Positions 63,972 through 64,000 of a stretch of DNA of 64,000 nt are shown piece after piece. Positions within the stretch are counted from its first letter, which is position 1, and every line of letters begins with the position of its first letter. The position numbers and the translations under genes are program-made. Under the pieces are notes generated by a model. It was given only the letters and a program-made list of their open reading frames with translations. It did not search any database and was not told the origin of the DNA. The DNA lies in the IMG/VR virus record IMGVR_UViG_3300027770_000027, positions 1 through 64,000 of that record; one strand, written 5' to 3'.

Positions 63972-64000
63972 GTATATATCTTACAGGACTTGAGGGGGAA

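Larger units (their letters stand above)
61150..64000 (-). promoter_or_regulatory. Array of 11 near-identical promoters preceding small genes
   Basis: (TTGCAG/TTGAGG/TTGAGC)-TTCCC(C)..17 nt-(TAAGAT/TAATAT/CATAAT)-6 or 7 nt-ATG upstream of 61149, 61412, 61687, 62022, 62468, 62695, 62898, 63971 (its -35 is off-window); variants at 62333, 63242, 63731. Confidence 0.85.

Noticed and set aside
61150-64000. Regularly spaced GGGGAAC(T/C)(G/T)CAA motif as a CRISPR or mini-array repeat
   Set aside because: Intervals are 200-490 nt and contain ORFs; on the minus strand the motif resolves into -35/spacer/-10 promoters
1-64000. Stop-codon reassignment (suppressor tRNA or alternative code)
   Set aside because: Standard-code ORFs tile the window densely and conserved genes are full length; the tRNAs found have sense anticodons

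Overview
The window is part of a large T4-like contractile-tailed (myovirus) phage genome, AT-rich for about 60.5 kb and then sharply GC-rich. 1-19.1 kb (minus strand): baseplate/tail module with a split gp5, hub, gp3, terminase large subunit, gp53, gp48-like, tape-measure-like, two gp26-like proteins, gp54-like, tail tube and tail sheath. 19-39 kb: PhoH, neck gp14, an acidic scaffold-like protein, nucleases, nrdA/nrdB, DUF1003, dCMP deaminase, HNH, HPRT, a 900-aa protein fusing three different nucleotidyltransferase folds, and a lysis cassette (unimolecular-spanin-like protein, holin, muramidase). 39-58 kb: a tmRNA with a 33-residue tag, adhesin/tail-fibre genes, three tRNAs plus a CCA-ended tRNA-like element, SprT, an outer-membrane beta-barrel, two lipoproteins, an S74-chaperone tail fibre and a glycosyltransferase. 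60.6-64 kb: a GC-rich array of tiny genes, nearly every one with its own copy of a promoter (TTGnnn-TTCCC...-TAAGAT/TAATAT) placed 6-7 nt from the ATG, which predicts leaderless mRNAs. The best candidates for new biology are the putatively encapsidated triple-nucleotidyltransferase protein and the leaderless early-gene array. A lipoprotein/OM-protein repertoire indicates a Gram-negative host, and a DUF1549-like protein plus the GC-rich early genes suggest the PVC group (inference). All product calls come from motif recognition by eye; no database searches were run.
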